DNA of 55,990 nt from Girardia tigrina (GCA_001938485.1 MQRK01242253.1:69028-125017), one strand, 5' to 3'; counted from the stretch's first letter, positions 1 through 14,690 are shown. Notes: generated by a model not told the origin, from the sequence alone. Made by a program: numbers and translations.

Positions 1-388
1 GAATAATTGAAAACTGAGGGTACACTAAAATTGTCTTTTCTGACCCAGAAAAGTTATTTTGTCCTTTTGAGTGCATTATGAAAAGTGCTTAGTATTTTTT
101 TTTAAATTCTGTTATTTGACTTTCCAATTCGCTTCAATTGCCGAGCGATGGTTGGGGGATCAATGTTAAGCTCTTCTGTGAGTGCTCGAAAAGTTGTGTT
201 TGAATCGGCTTCCACCAGCTACTTCAATGTGTCCCTGTCAATCGTAGAAGTAAATGTTGCGAAAATCACGTTTTGACGTCTGCAATTAAAATCGAAATTA
301 TTAACAAAAGAAACATTGTAATAATTTATTATACAAAAAGTAAATACAAAAAATCAAAAACCTGCATTTCTTTTGCAACAACCTAATA
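1..388 (-). mobile_element. Internally deleted mariner remnant (5' TIR plus second HTH region), runs off window start
   Basis: Mariner-type terminus TTTCTTTTGCAACAACCTAA-TA at ~367-388. Minus-strand translation IDRDTLK*LVEADSNTTFRALTEELNIDPPTIARQLKRIGK resembles the mariner HTH2. Confidence 0.7.
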
Positions 389-2444
389 TAATATTAGTTA
401 TATTAATTGATGAATTTTAAAAATATTTTATGACATACAAGTTTGTCGTATAAGAATTATTTCATGATTACTGTAAACACTTGTTATGAGCTTCTCCGAA
501 AACCAGTTGCTAAACATACACTTTTAGTTATGTCGATAAACATGGCAAAATGTCATAAAGTAATATAAACGACGGAATGTTTGACTGAAATTATTACAAA
601 TGTATATTCTTAATGACTTGGTTTACCAATAATCCAGCAGCTCAAGAAGAACCCACGAACCCGGTGCTTGAAGGTGTTGCTTGAAATTGAATTGCTACAG
701 TAAATTCAAGGTCCTCTCGTGATTTCGAAGATGAAGAATTCCGTTTTCTCTCACATATCTCCGTTTTGTTAATAAATATATTTATTGAAGCAATTTGTTT
801 ATTTTCTCTCGTTGAATTTGATGATGATTCTTGTTTACTCTTCGACAAGTAGTTGTTTTATAAGGATGTCAGAACTACAATAAGGTTTTGTTTAGTATTG
901 AAGAAACAAAAATACATATTTTCAAAGAATATGATTATTTCTGACTGCCGCGTTCTGTTGATTTAAATTTAACAAAACTCATTTTATCTGTAATTTGCGA
1001 TTTTTGTTTATAAAAATCGTTCGTGAGTGAATTTAAACAAATTTTCATCATTAGAAAATGATATAATAATAATTATGTATAATTAATTTTGAATGTGTGG
1101 GGGTAAATTGGGAGTTGTTACGATAAACGTATATATGAAGTTACTGATCTCTGAATTTTTTGTATTTAGTTTTTCAGGGCATACCAATTCATACATAACG
1201 TATAATAGTCCTTTAATAAGGAAGGGATAGTAGAATTATATTCTCATAATTCTCTCGTGTTTCGTTTATGTTTCGTTTTCTTTATATGATGAACAATATA
1301 ATATGACATAACACATTTCTCATTTAATCATTAATACATTCTCAAAATTTCAAAAACATTGGTGAATCTGGTTCACAAGTTATTAATAAGGGATGCCCCT
1401 ATATATGTCTACACTATTCCAATGCTACCGTAGAAAAACAGCGATTTGTCTAGGTGTTTATGAACAATGTTTCGTTCTGAATAATTTAATAAGTTCAATT
1501 CGTTGTAATCTGGCTTCTTACACATACTTTCTATTTTCAGTTTTTGAAATATGACTGTAATGAAAAAAATATTCTTAAAAAGATTCTAGAAATACTAAAA
1601 TGTATCTGAAATCCAAGGACAGACTAGGAAACAATTTGAAATAGATCAAATAGAAAATAATTACCATAACTCAAATTATTTATGAACTTGAAGTTGATAG
1701 AAGTTCACTTGATATTCACGAAAGGGTTTCAGGTAGACCATGCTAAATTAGTTTCGTTTAATCCTATTTATCCCTACCGATTGTGGGATCAGTATTGCGC
1801 AGATCACTTTTATTTTCAACGTACACATTTCCAAATAGATATGCGGTTCTATCTTAACATTAATCTTCCAAATCAGTGATTAGACCAAGAAGTTTTATTG
1901 AATTCCCTTCGCGTTTCAAGACCTGATCCCGGTGGATTTATTTTTAGGGATACTTATTGTAATCCATTCTTTTTGTGGTTGTTCTTAACGTCTAAGATAA
2001 TTTAAAGAAATCTGTATTCATTCAGAATGATAAAATTTCTCATCAATTATATGAAATGGTTTTATTATCATTTAAATGGTGTATAAATATTTTGATCACC
2101 TTATATATCAACAATAAAATAATACTTTCTTTTAAAATAATTTGAAAATGACAAGTTGTATATGATATATTATTTCCATCGAAGGAGTAAAAACACCGGA
2201 AGGTAAGACGACACATTTAAGCCAGTAATTGCATTTGTGATTACAATAAACTAAGTTTTTATTGTTAATTATTCTCTAAAAACGTTGCTTTAATGATGAG
2301 GAATTTTGGTTTAAAAAATTATTGGAATTATATTTTCATCTTTTGATTCTTAAATTGGAATCAAACCGGTGATAATTATGTATATAGAAATAGACAATAT
2401 TTAGAAATAAATTAGTAAATTGACAGATCTTTTGGTTTGCTTAG

Positions 2445-2650
2445 ATCGTCAAAGTAAAGAATTTCAAAATTCTTCATCACCTCAATCGAATAATAGTGCT
2501 TGTCTTTTGCTACATAAATCCATTGCAACCCATTTGTACCAATGTCCCCAAATTGGTTGCGATAAGCATTTCCGTCAAGCTGCCCAGCTTCACAACCATA
2601 TTGCAACTACTCATTCAGATTTACTAGACTCCATGGACAACATTGACCAA
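2445..2650 (+). CDS. Internal exon encoding a single C2H2 zinc finger (parent gene unidentified)
   Basis: YQCPQIGCDKHFRQAAQLHNHIATTH fits C-x4-C-x12-H-x4-H. Flanked by TTAG acceptor (2444) and CAA|GTAGGC donor (2651), open throughout. Confidence 0.65.
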
Positions 2651-5620
2651 GTAGGCCTCTATTATTTTTGTATTTTTTTAGTTAAAGTGTTCGTTTAAAT
2701 ATCAATTATTAGTAATAGATATGTAAATTTATTGATTTCAATTTTATTTAAATTGATTAAATACAGTCTTGTCTTAAGTAAAGAACACCATAAAATATTA
2801 ATATTTAATATTTCAAATGTTTTATTTGTCAATTTTTTTATTATTTAATGTTATATTTATATTTTTTTTATTTATCTTTATTTTTATTTGAAGCATCAAT
2901 AGAAACAATTTATAAATATACTTTGTTGGGTTCTTGATCAATATTAGAATTCATAACACCAAAAATTTATTAATAACACATTTAACAATTATTCAAACAA
3001 TTTTTGTTGTAATAAAAATTTTTGTAGAGGAACTTTCTATCGTTTTCTTAATGACCAGATTCTTATATAAAAATATGAAATTATAAATATAAGTAACTGA
3101 TAAGTTATATTAAAATTGAAAATTTTTAATTCTATTTATTTGAAAATTTACATCCTTATTTTTAAATTAAAAACCAACAAAATTTTGTAGTCATATTTTT
3201 TACTAAATTAATCATAATGATATTTTATTATTTTACAATTAGTTTAATGTTATTTCTCTTTTTTTTATTTATTTTTTTTATTTCTGATTTTTTTGAAACA
3301 TTTCTAATTAATAAAGATTTTAATGTTTTATTTTTTTCAATATTTAGAATTATTTAGAATAACTTTTAAAATTATTACAACCTATTTTATCATTGTATTT
3401 ATATATATTTTTTTTAATCAATTATTTAAAAATCCATTATTTCCCAATTAATTTCATTTTAAGTTTTTTTTACTACAAATAAAATTCGATTATTCTCGAA
3501 AATAACTTTTTAAAATTAATTACGATATTTTTTACATTATTAGAAAAAATTTTGATTTTAAATATTTACTTATTTCAAATATTATTTATAAAAAATTATT
3601 TATTCAAAAATTTAAAGGATTAACTTTTCACATGAGTCCTTCACATACTTTATATGAATTTTTCAAATGAAAGATTTCAAATTTGCTGACAATTCAACTG
3701 TGACAATACTTGTGGAAGTAGCAAAAATGTTTTCTTATTGAAATTTTCTTAATAAGTTTTGAGGGATATATATTATAAAATTAGAAATTCCTAATGATTA
3801 TATAAATACATCTTTTCAATACACCAAGGCTTGTTGAAGATTATCACTTAATTTAAGCATTCTGATTTCAGATTTATTTCTTTTTAGACAAAAATTCATA
3901 GTAAAAATTTAATAAGGTCATGTTAAGAAATAAAAATGATTGAAACTTGTATGTTAAAATGCATTCTTTTAGTAAAAAAATTTGAAGATAAAAGTGAAAC
4001 TAAAACGCGTTATGCAGTGTGACCCATTTCTAGCTTGATTTTTTTTAAAAAAATGTTCGTCTAATTAAAGTATTTTTTCAGTATTTCTTTTTTAACGATT
4101 TTCGAAAATACCGAAAATTTCAACAGAACAACTAATTTTCAGCGTAGAAGAGTATATTCAATGTATTGATTCAGTATCAGCAACAGCCGGAAGATGCAGA
4201 ATTCATTTTTTAGGATCATCAATGTTCAGATAACAATTAATGTTTAAAAATTCTGGAATTTACAAGAAAAAGTTGTAAAGACGCCGAAAACATTGGAAAA
4301 CGTGTGATAAATTACTGAACTACAATCAACAGTCTCATAAAAATATCGGTGGAAATGGAAATTTAGAAGGCATCACATAATAATGCACGATGAACTTTGT
4401 TAGCATCAGTATGAAATACAACTTATGTAATAGTAGCGACAAAGAGACATTATGTGGCTATTTGATTTTCCAAATTTAATATTTAAAAAGAGTAGAGGAA
4501 TGATATTGCAAACTAAATATGCTTTAGAGATGGAGCACACTACGACTGGTGTGAACAGGCAAAATAATAGATTTTGGGGTTCTCAAGAAAATTGATTCAC
4601 TTTCATATCTGAAGACACAATAAAGTATTCAACAAATGGGGATTCTGGTTTTACTTAGTATCTTGGATTCATATCTGCAGTGTACAAACCAGTATTTGAA
4701 TTCTCATCATAATACGATAATGTATCTTAGGAATCGTCATCAATAACGAACAATAATCATCAATGTCCATGAAATTTCAAGATTTTACTGCTGCGAGGTT
4801 CAATGATGTTTGTTCTTCTACTTCTCTGTTCGAAGTGTTACTAAAACGTTTTTCATTACTAGATATCAGTTTTCTTTCTCAACGTTTAAGCAATGTTAGC
4901 ATGGCTGCAATTGAATTTATTGTCAGATTTTCTTGACGAAACACTGCTACAGTTGTTGATAGCAATATCGAACTACCTGAAATTCTCTTAGGCATAATTT
5001 GCACTATTTGAGTAGACTCATATTTCATTTCCAGTGGCATACTATTCTTAATGATAATATAGTCGTTTAGACTAATTTTCTTCAATAGCATTCTTCACAA
5101 TCGCTTTCTTTCCATCGGCCCAATGGCTTCAGTAGTACGCCGGTTCAAACTAGTAAGCATCATTTTTTTATTGCAAGAAGTTTAATGAAAAAAATGTTGT
5201 AATTTGGTGACTTTATAGAATGAAGTACTCCTTCACATGCTAACTATGGCATTGAAAAAACCCACGCATCTGCAAAGGACAAACTGTAAAAATTTGTTAA
5301 AAATTTTAGTTAATACCTGTAAATGTGTAATAATGGTTACCATAAAAATCCATAAATCATATTAATGACAATCAATACATAAAGAAATAGTTTTGTATTT
5401 ATTTGTCGTTAAAACAAAATCTTGGACAGGTTTAAGCAAATCTTCAGATCTAGAGAACTTAATGTTATAAATATATTCATAAAGAATCATTTTACAATAG
5501 GAAATTTCCATTAAAACAAATAAATAATAGGCAAGTATGCTTACATAAAACAATAAATTTCTTTCATCCCAATGTTTAATTTGAAAAAATAATATAACGG
5601 TCAATTTCTTAAAAGACAGA

Positions 5621-6614
5621 TATTCAAACTATGAAGTATAAGTTCCCATGTTGAACGTCAGCATCAGAAAGCATGCGAAACATCAATAGTGTATTCGCAT
5701 ACAATGCTTCAATGTAGCAGACAGTTTCAAATTAGTTCAGAAAATACATTAAAGGTAACTTTAACCTCAATTATAAGTCTCGGGGTCGCCCAGGAACTTA
5801 GGTAGACAACGACGAACTGAAGGGAGTCGTGGAGTCTGATCCATCACCAATTTTTAAAGCGAAACAGTTGGATAAGTGGATTCCACATGAGTTTAATAAA
5901 AATCAGAAATAAAAGCATTTTTATGCTTGATTGACGATGGTTTCTCATTATAAATGTGATCACTTTTTGAATCGAATCGTCAGTTGTGATGAAAAGTAGA
6001 TCCAATACGATAATCACAAACGTTCAGAAAGCTGGGTAGACAAGAATGAAGCAACAAAACATAATCCCAGACACAAAATTTATCAAAAGAAGATGATGGT
6101 GAGTGATTATTAATCTACCGCAGGTGTAATCCATTATGACTTCTTGAAACCTTGTTCGTCGATCTTAGCAGATATCTAATGCAACCAATTCGAAGATATG
6201 ATGCGGAAACTCAAAGAAAAACAGCCTCGTTTGGTCAACAGGTCGACTCTCATCTTGTTCCACAACAATGGAAAATCACATACTGCACTTAAAACAGTGA
6301 CAAAACTACAAGAACTCGAGTTGGAACTCCTGCATGTTCACCAGACCCATTCTCAACTGACTACCATTTCTAACTCAATTTGAACAACATTTTGATAAGA
6401 AAAAATTAAATTCCGATGATACCGTAAAAATGGCCTTCCGCGAATTTATAGATTCTCACCCATCAAATTTTTATTCAAATGGCCTCAACAAGCTGTCGCT
6501 TAAATGGCAAAAATGTGCCGATAATATGTATGCATACTTTGATGATGAAATAAATATTTGTATTGGTAAATTATCAATAAACTCTGACTACAATTTTCAT
6601 ACATGATGACCTAA
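5621..6614 (+). mobile_element. Degenerate mariner (DD34D-type) transposon, 5' TIR not seen
   Basis: Hand translation gives MRNINSVF, WIPHEF, RIVSCDEK*IQYDN, KKMMV, LKEKQPRLVNRSTLILFHNN with many stops. 3' terminus ...GATGACCTAA-TA at 6614. Confidence 0.85.
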
Positions 6615-7199
6615 TATATGTGTATTGTATAAAAATTTACTAAACGATTTCTTACCATCTTAATATCCTAAAAAATTAAGATTGTCATTAGACTTGTAAA
6701 TGAAACATAGTGTATTTCTGATTTTTTTCAAAATATTTAATTTTAAAATCTGAATTTAATCATTTAAAAGAAAAAAAACATTTGTAGAAAACGTTTCTGA
6801 AGAAAATAAGGAAAAACAATTAATGATTCATTAGTTTTTAATGAAATAAAACAATTTCTTTTTTTATGCAATATGGTATATCTATATTTTGCAGTTTGTA
6901 ATAATTTCTCTTAGAAAAAGATGTATCTCCTTTTATATGTCATTTTTAAGTACTTAAAAGACCATTCTGTTTCTCAAAACGTCAGAAATCAGTTATATCA
7001 TATATCTACACAAGTAATTTTAAAATGTAGGTATTAAAGTGATCAAATAATATAAACTTTGCTGCCGGGAATTAAGTTGGTTATTGATTCATAGTCACTT
7101 TTTATATGATAATAGATTTATTTTTACAAAAAAATAAAATTATCAGTAATATAGACTGTTGTTTTTGACTAATTGTTCAGAATTTTCAACTAGTCTCAA

Positions 7200-7555
7200 G
7201 GCCTGGACGGTTTTGTCTAAGTAATTAATTCTGCGAAAATATTGAACTATAAATGCCGTGCATAGCATTTTAAAGTGTTCGAGAGAAAAGAAATCTTAGG
7301 GTACCAAATCGGGAGAGTGCAGCAAAGCTTCTGAAGGGTATCATTTATCCTATTATAAAGGAAGGGATGTATCGAGCAGATTCTGTGATTGTAGCATCTT
7401 GATAAAACGTAAAATGAAGATTGAGTTGAAAATGCTCATTTTTGTTTATTTGTAGACAAAAAAATTCTTTGAAAATAAATAAATTATTTTCCCAAAACAT
7501 TATATTGTTAACACGATTTTAAAGATAAAACGGCCATAATTTATTAGCCCACATA
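7200..7555 (-). mobile_element. Short deleted mariner-like remnant
   Basis: Minus strand HSPDLVP*DFF resembles YSPDLAPSDF. Terminus-like TATGTGGGCTAATAAATTATGGCCG (minus strand) at 7531-7555. Confidence 0.5.
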
Positions 7556-8627
7556 ATAGTTAAAATATATAATAAAACGTTTAAAGGAAATTTAAATCAC
7601 ATTTGATGTCAAACTCTAATTAATAAAGAAATGCTTTCAGAACAATCCTCTTTTATACGAAGAATTTAAAAACCAGAAAAATGGATTCTTCATGAAACCT
7701 TCTGCTGATTTTAAAATCGGTCGCCATTTATTTAAAGATAAATTGCAAACAAACTTCAGAATGTCTCGGTGCTTCGAAAAAGACAATCGGTTGCGTTTGG
7801 CTGTCAAATGTGTAACGAAAACTGAACTGAAAAACTTACTAAACGAATTTTTTAAAAGTCCCAATATGGATTTACTGAAAAGAAAATATGTTTCTCGGAA
7901 TTTCGCTAATATTCACACTGTGGTTGAGAGAATCATCAAATTATCGACCACAAAAAAAGAAAATACTTTAAATAACGAAATAACGACTCTAAAAAATCAA
8001 AGGTGAACTTCGTATGGTTAATTAGCATAAATGATGTATTCGGTTTAGAGGAAACAGCATCAGTTTTGACAAACCGCCACTTGAGCCGCTCGCGCGACCG
8101 GTCAATGGTAATGATAATCGTTTTTAATAGTGTTGTATTTGCATTTTTACAAAATAAATTTTGTTGTTTCTCTATATGTTTTTACAGCTTTTTTTCTATG
8201 TAATCAATAGATTTTCTCGAGTTATCTTTGTTGTATTTTTGCTAATGATAATATACATTGTGTGCTCCATGAGAAACAAATGTGCATGTTGTTTTGTTGT
8301 TTGAATTATTTCCGATGAGAAATATTATCTTTGATGCAATGGCGGCGGTTCCCAATCCATCGGCGACTAGGCAGGTGCTCAGTTACAATGTCTTTAGAAA
8401 AAGAAATGAAACATGTGCCTTACAATATGAAAATAGCTAAAAGTATTGATTAATATTTACTAAAACTCGATTTCAAAATATATTTTATTTTTAAATTATT
8501 ATTTTAAATTATTTAATTGAATTTTTTTCAATAAGATTACAAATTATTTTATGAATATTTTTATAAAGTTATTCACTCATAAATCTATTGATATATATTT
8601 CATATTATTAATGTGGATATTTATTTG

Positions 8628-8984
8628 TGTCAAAAGTTCCTAAAATTGTCGATAGTTTCAACAGCAAAAATAAATGCCTTACTACCTCTAGGGGTTTGTT
8701 ACTTCAAAACATCAAAGACTCCTATAGAAATTTTGATATTTTTTTCATAAACACCGATTTTGATATTAAATGTTACATAATCCGATAAATGTTTTATTTG
8801 TTTCAATCCTTAATTATTTGAAAACAATGAAAATTAGATATTTTGTGAAAAATATCCTTAAAGGAATCTAGATTTAATATTGAGTACTGTACAAATTTAT
8901 TAATTTGAGAAAATGACAAGATCGACAGTCTAAAGATTTCAGTAGAGGGATCTGCAGCTGAGAAATTTTTAGGAACTTTTGATA
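8628..8984. mobile_element. Putative MITE with 18-bp terminal inverted repeats
   Basis: TGTCAAAAGTTCCTAAAA at 8628 and TTTTAGGAACTTTTGATA ending 8984 (1 mismatch). No clear TSD. Confidence 0.4.
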
Positions 8985-9479
8985 TAATATACTATTATTA
9001 GTTTATCACTAAAAAATGACACAACATTTTAAAATCATTTTTTATACTTGAAAATTATTTATAGATTGAAATATTACCGTTTTTTACGAACTCTAAAACG
9101 CAATTTTTTTACTGATTTTTGGTTTCAAAATTGAGTTATTCGTATACACTTAAACTACCAATGTACCAAAGGAAAATGTGATTGCGATTTTCGTTTTTGG
9201 AAAATTGTAAATGACAATAAAATTGCCAGTTCTGTCAAAGAGTTTATGGTGTCTACAAAATAAGGCAGTTTATTTGATCAAATTTTCAAATATATTTTGA
9301 TTCTTTTTGGAAATTCATAAATATCTAATGAAAAGAATCATAATTCGAAAATAATCAATTTTCCATTAATCATTTTCCTCAGTTCTTTCCAGATTCTTTT
9401 TTATCTTTACGAAAATACTATTATATAGACTAGAACAACAAATAACGATTTTTTGGGGTATATAGTCGGAGATATATTT

Positions 9480-9690
9480 TTTTCTGGTTGCTCAAAATTC
9501 GAGTCAAAAAAGATTCAATCTCTACAAAATCCGATAATTATAAAGTACTAAAGAATAATTTTATATTTATGACGGAACATTTAGATACTCCATATAAAAG
9601 GAATATTTTTCCAAAATTAAACAATTAACTTTCAGATGAGTCATTAAATGCAATAACCTATTTAAAAACGTATTTTCTAAATAAAAATTA
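9480..9690 (+). mobile_element. hAT transposase C-terminal remnant
   Basis: LSDESLNAITYLKTYFLNK matches the C-terminus of the hAT transposase at 37281 (LSDENLHIIVFLKYFFLK). Confidence 0.5.
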
Positions 9691-9932
9691 ACAAATATAT
9701 ATTTTTGCTTTTTATGTCCTTTAATTATTTTAACATTGATTTTAAGTTATTTTTTAAATTTTAAAAAAGTTGATAAAAATATTTTTAATGGATTTCAACC
9801 ATAATGGATTAACCATAATCTTTAGACAAAACAAATAATATATAGTAAATAATTATTGTGTAATTTTTAAACAAAAATATTTTTAAAGAAATTGAAGAAG
9901 ATGGTTTTGTGCATTGATTTTTGGATCATTAG

Positions 9933-10334
9933 ATTCGATCACCAATACTCCAAACACAAACCATTTCCTGGAATTACTAAACTGCGAACACACTTTTTAA
10001 ATACTTAAATCAACTTTACTATTTAAGCAGTTCTTTCTGTGTTGAGCAATATTCCAAACATCCTGCATCCATATTATTATCACTTTCATTTCTATTATGT
10101 CCTGGATTTCTTGGCAAAGATTACGAAGTCCAATTAATATCACAGCACACGAATAACATTTTTACTGATAATCGTAATCTGAATATAATTCAGGGAGGTT
10201 TTTCAGCAATAGATCTATCCCTGACTGGATTATGTTGTGATTTAGTTTATCAGTATAAATATTGGGAATGTGATACGTCGAAAAGACCTTGTCATCGTCT
10301 CTGTACAGGAAGTCGCGAAGATTATCGACAATAA
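9933..10334 (+). pseudogene. Degenerate coding fragment, possibly a rhodanese domain (MKP/STYXL1-like)
   Basis: About 117 stop-free codons (9981-10331) without a start codon. LELLNCEH/(frameshift)/LFKYLNQ...EQYSKH...NIIQGGFSAIDLSLTGLC resembles the start and end of MKP-type rhodanese domains. A LINE endonuclease (SAIDLSL) is the alternative reading. Confidence 0.3.
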
Positions 10335-11044
10335 GGTGACAGTAATATTGCTGAACACTGAGAACTGATTAAATAGTAGAGTTAATGATTTATTTTAAAA
10401 TTCGGTGTTCATTGTTTGATAATTACTTGGAGAGGGTAATGTGTTAAACATTGATAATTAATCTTCTTATCCTAAAATCAATGTAAAAACTCCTTCAACT
10501 TTATTGGAAGTATTTTTATGATATATAATTGTTTGTTTTGTCTGCAGATGACGGAATCCATCAAAATTCATTAAAATATTTTTGAAGCGTGTCATTTTAC
10601 ATTTTATGTATATTTAATAACTACTTAGTTTACTATTTGTCATGTTTCTATTTATAACTATTTTTAATTTTATTCGGACTATTCCAGTTTATTTTTGTAT
10701 ATTTTGTCGATTATGAAATGATGTCTTTTATTTTTGCTCATTTCTTACATTAATATTCTATAACTTATCGGGATTGAGTGACCTTACTACTAAACATATC
10801 CTACTAAACTATCTATTATATCTAATATTGTATTTGCCAATCTTGAGATTAAAAAGTATTCTGCGTCACTACAGTCGTATAAGGAATTTAAAAGACCATG
10901 GATGATTTTTAATATCATAATTAATAGTGCCATTCATGAAACTAGAATTTGGTATAATTTTTACATAATTTTTCGTTAGTGTTTCTACCATATTCAGACA
11001 ATTTATTCAGTACTCTGAACAAAGTGGAAGAGATTTGTTTTGAT

Positions 11045-11646
11045 GATTCTAGGACTTTCCCCCACCGGACGATTCATAACATTTTTATTTTTCTCGCGGA
11101 CGATTCATCACACCTGCTTAAATATTGAAATTAATAAAAACAATTATTTTAAGGATAATTCGTACTAAATTCAATAACTTTCACAACAAACTTTTTTAAA
11201 GACACCTATTATCATTGATTGGCCAAGATTGAATTAAAATTATTGCTAATGAATTAAGATAAAATAAATTATATTACAACAATATAAAAATTACAATGTT
11301 TATTAACAGTATGACAAATGAGAGATTGCATTTAAAAACGTCAAACGACTTGATCTCGCGCAACTTTCAACTGCACGCCTGATCTGCTCTTTAAGTAGTA
11401 CAGATTTTTTCTTCGGCCTTCTTTGAATTTCTGTTTCGGCTTATAAAAAACTTCCAGTCTGCGTAGCCGTTTCTTTAATTATTGCCTGAAGAAAAGTCCA
11501 AATTGATGGATGATTGTATAAGAGCAATGATTGAAAGCTTTAATTTATAAAGTTTTATTTAAAGTGTAATAAACCGTCCGGGGGTGAATCATTCACTATA
11601 AAATAAAAATGTGATGAATCATCCGGTGATGAAACATCCTGATACC
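11045..11646 (-). mobile_element. Non-autonomous MULE (Mutator-like) deletion derivative
   Basis: Imperfect ~45-bp TIRs (GATTCTAGGAC.../...CATCCTGATACC), 8-bp TSD GTTTTGAT (11037-11044, 11647-11654), internal transposase C-terminus NHPSIWTFLQAIIKE. Confidence 0.8.
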
Positions 11647-13010
11647 GTTTTGATATTGATTGATTGGAATGGAAAACTATCCCTTAATAAACTCCATAAG
11701 GTATCTCAAGAAACGATTTCGAATAGTTCAGTTAATTTATCTCTGCTAGCATCGGTTTTTGCATAGGGTGTTTCACCGAAAGTTATATTCCAAAAGATAC
11801 AATAAATTTTAGTTTCTCGAATGGGGTTATTATATAGGAAATATAAATGTTTTCTTGGTTTTGAAAAGTGAAAAAAAAGTTTTGAAGTATCATGAAGTAT
11901 GACTTAATTTTTAAGGTGTCTATCAGTCAAAAACTTTAAAGCTTTATCGTCCTCATTGGATCGAGGAAATTCCTAGAATTTCTAAACATTTTCTGGTGAA
12001 AGTTTTTTTAATTAAATTATTAAAAATTAATTGTAAGTATCGATCAAATAAGACATCATCAACTAAATTTCACACTTGTTCTAAAAAACTATATAGATTT
12101 TTAAATCCCAAAACTTCTTTGTAATTTTACAAACAAGACTTAATTGATATAATATTTTTCAAGTATAAATAATGTCTTTGAAATGATTTTTAAATTGATT
12201 AAATTGATATTCATGAGTGTTTAAATTCTGAATCTTTTAATAAATATTCCTAAAACCTCCGTTATTTAATTTATAAATTGCCGATTATATTTTGTACGAC
12301 TAACAGTTATCAATAAAACATGTTAAACCAACTTTTATTTTAAAATAATTCATGTAACATATTCTATACTTATTCATTATTTAATTATTTTTTTATTTAT
12401 TAATGCTTTATCCTAAAAAAAACAATTTTTTTTTATTTTTAACATTTAAATAAAACATGATCAATTATTTATTTTGTTCTCTATGACTTTTTATAATCAT
12501 TTTTGTTATACAATTGATGCACTTTCTTCATAGCTGTACTGTAACCAATGATGTCAATGATGAATTTTTATGGAACATATCTTTAATTATTTCTCTTTTA
12601 TTTCCATGTAAATTTAGAACTCTGATGAAATTGTTTTTTAAATGACTGAACAATTTGTATTAAGAGAGTAGTCACTTGATAACAATCTTCCAGATATTTA
12701 AAATAGGGCTTTCGTATTGTCATAGTAAAATTTTAATTTGACAAATCTCTTCTCAATTCAATAATTATTCCCTATTCTTTCTTCAATCTATCAAATTTTA
12801 TTTCAATCAAATGTCTCTTGAAATATTGAATAATTTTATTCACTTATAAAGGTGACATTTACTTGATCTCATTTACTATAGATTCATTGGAAAGACATGC
12901 GTGTGTTATATCTGTTTATATAAGAATGGGAACATATCCGATTGATCTATGGCTATTGTATTACTTGGCAAATGAATTAGTTGATCTGAGGTGGAAATAA
13001 CCAAATTTAA

Positions 13011-13224
13011 CCCTTTGAACCCTAAAGGCCTAGAACCCTAAACCTAGCCAGATTTGGCGAGACATATACCATAATGGCCGATTTATCGGCCTCCATATCT
13101 ATCGTTATAACCAAGAACTTGCTCGAACATGAACTCAGTTCGATGGTGTCGCTTTTTTATTTTTTGATCAAAAATTACTCAGGGATATGGTACTAATACA
13201 ATGAAAGTCTTAGGGTTCAAAGGG
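13011..13224. mobile_element. piggyBac-type MITE (214 bp)
   Basis: TTAA TSD on both sides and perfect 15-bp TIR CCCTTTGAACCCTAA / TTAGGGTTCAAAGGG. Confidence 0.85.
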
Positions 13225-13848
13225 TTAAAATACTTAAATAATTTTAAGAATGATTAGGAGAGATATTTGAAACATTAATATATCGTGTAGTCAAACTGTC
13301 TTCCTATTTTTTGAGAATAATTGTTGCATATTTAACACTGAAATATTGACATCAGTTTTTTTTTCACTGTTTTGAAAACTTGTATTTTTAATCATCAAAT
13401 TATTTTAAAGAATTGTGTTCGAGTAAATAGTTAGTGTCTTAGTATAAATCTCGAACAATGTCATTATGTTGTCGAATATTAAATTGGAAAGTCTGCAGGA
13501 CTTATAAATATTATAAAGGCAAGGTTTTTTAATAATAAAAATTATTAATTATTAGGAATAAGACAATAGCAGCCGGTTTATAATAAAAAATAGAAAAAAA
13601 TACATTAGCTATATTAAAATTTATTATTATTTTTTAATTTTTCAATAAATGTTTCGGTGGAATATTCATCGCCATCTTCAATCAATATTTAGAGATAATT
13701 AAGATGTGTTATATATAAAAATTTAGATTGTGTAATAAATTATAAATAATCTTAACAAAGTGACAGAAAATCTTGTTCGGGCATTAAGATATGGATTAAA
13801 TGATTTAATCAAAGATATCTAACAATGATTTTTAAAATTAATACTCAG

Positions 13849-14011
13849 TATTTTCACTTCCGATCCACAAACTTCTTTTGTACGTCTAGATCAATATTGC
13901 TATCATTACTCAGTCGTCATTGTTCCTGAAACTGCTTACAGAGATGATGAAAGTTTCTCCAATGGATATGTGACACTACACTCATCACAAACAATTGATA
14001 AACAAGATTAA
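13849..14011 (+). CDS. Candidate terminal exon of an unidentified gene
   Basis: CTCAG acceptor followed by 53 open codons (IFTSDPQTSFVRLDQYCYHYSVVIVPETAYRDDESFSNGYVTLHSSQTIDKQD*) in AT-rich surroundings. No homology recognised. Confidence 0.3.
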
Positions 14012-14690
14012 AACATAAACTCAAAGGACAGTTGCAAATTTAATAGTAAACGTATTGTGAATTTTATAAGATTATGTTAGTATTTATAAATTCAATTTTT
14101 TATGATCAATTAATTTAAGAAATGATATCGTAACCGCCTGCTTAATGTGTGTCTATTCATTGTTCATTTTGGCTTGATGTAGCAACGGATAATTCACTGA
14201 AATTAATCACAAAAAAGTTTTTTTTAATTATTTTATTAAAATTTGTTATCGGTTTTTGGAATTCCCACTTCTCGAATTGTTTTATGAATTAATTGGCATA
14301 TATTTTATAGGAAAATTAATAAAAATTGTAAGAAAGTTAGTTTTCCTTTTAGAACGAAAAATCGATTTTTAGTCTTAATTATATTTCAAAAAAATGTTTC
14401 AAAATATCTTTGCTCTAAATTTCAATGTATTCGACAAACAAATGAGAAATTGATCGTCTTGAAATAATTTGGGAGCCGCCGCCGCTGTTGTTTATAATTG
14501 ACTCACTTTGCATCAAAAAACATCTAATAAATTAAAAGTAAAAAAGGTGAAATTGTAAAAATTGAAAGAACAGAAAAATAAGTGTTTGGATTAATACTAA
14601 AAATATTTCTCACAAATGTATTTGCAAAAAATTAAAGCAAAACATTAAAATATTCTGAGAAAATTCACATTGTTTTATTCTATTATTCAG

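Noticed and set aside
7692-8006. 104-aa ORF with faint resemblance to the region before an integrase zinc-binding domain
   Set aside because: No HHCC or DDE residues present, so it cannot be assigned.
13007-13045. AACCCT/CCCTAA hexamers as telomeric repeats
   Set aside because: They lie within the TIR region of the piggyBac-type MITE and do not form a tandem array.
8337-14487. CAATGGCGGCGGTTCCCAA ... TTGGGAGCCGCCGCCGCTG as TIRs of one 6-kb gene-capturing hAT
   Set aside because: Three mismatches in 19 bp and no matching TSD (CTTTGATG vs TTGTTTAT). These may be ends of two separate remnants.
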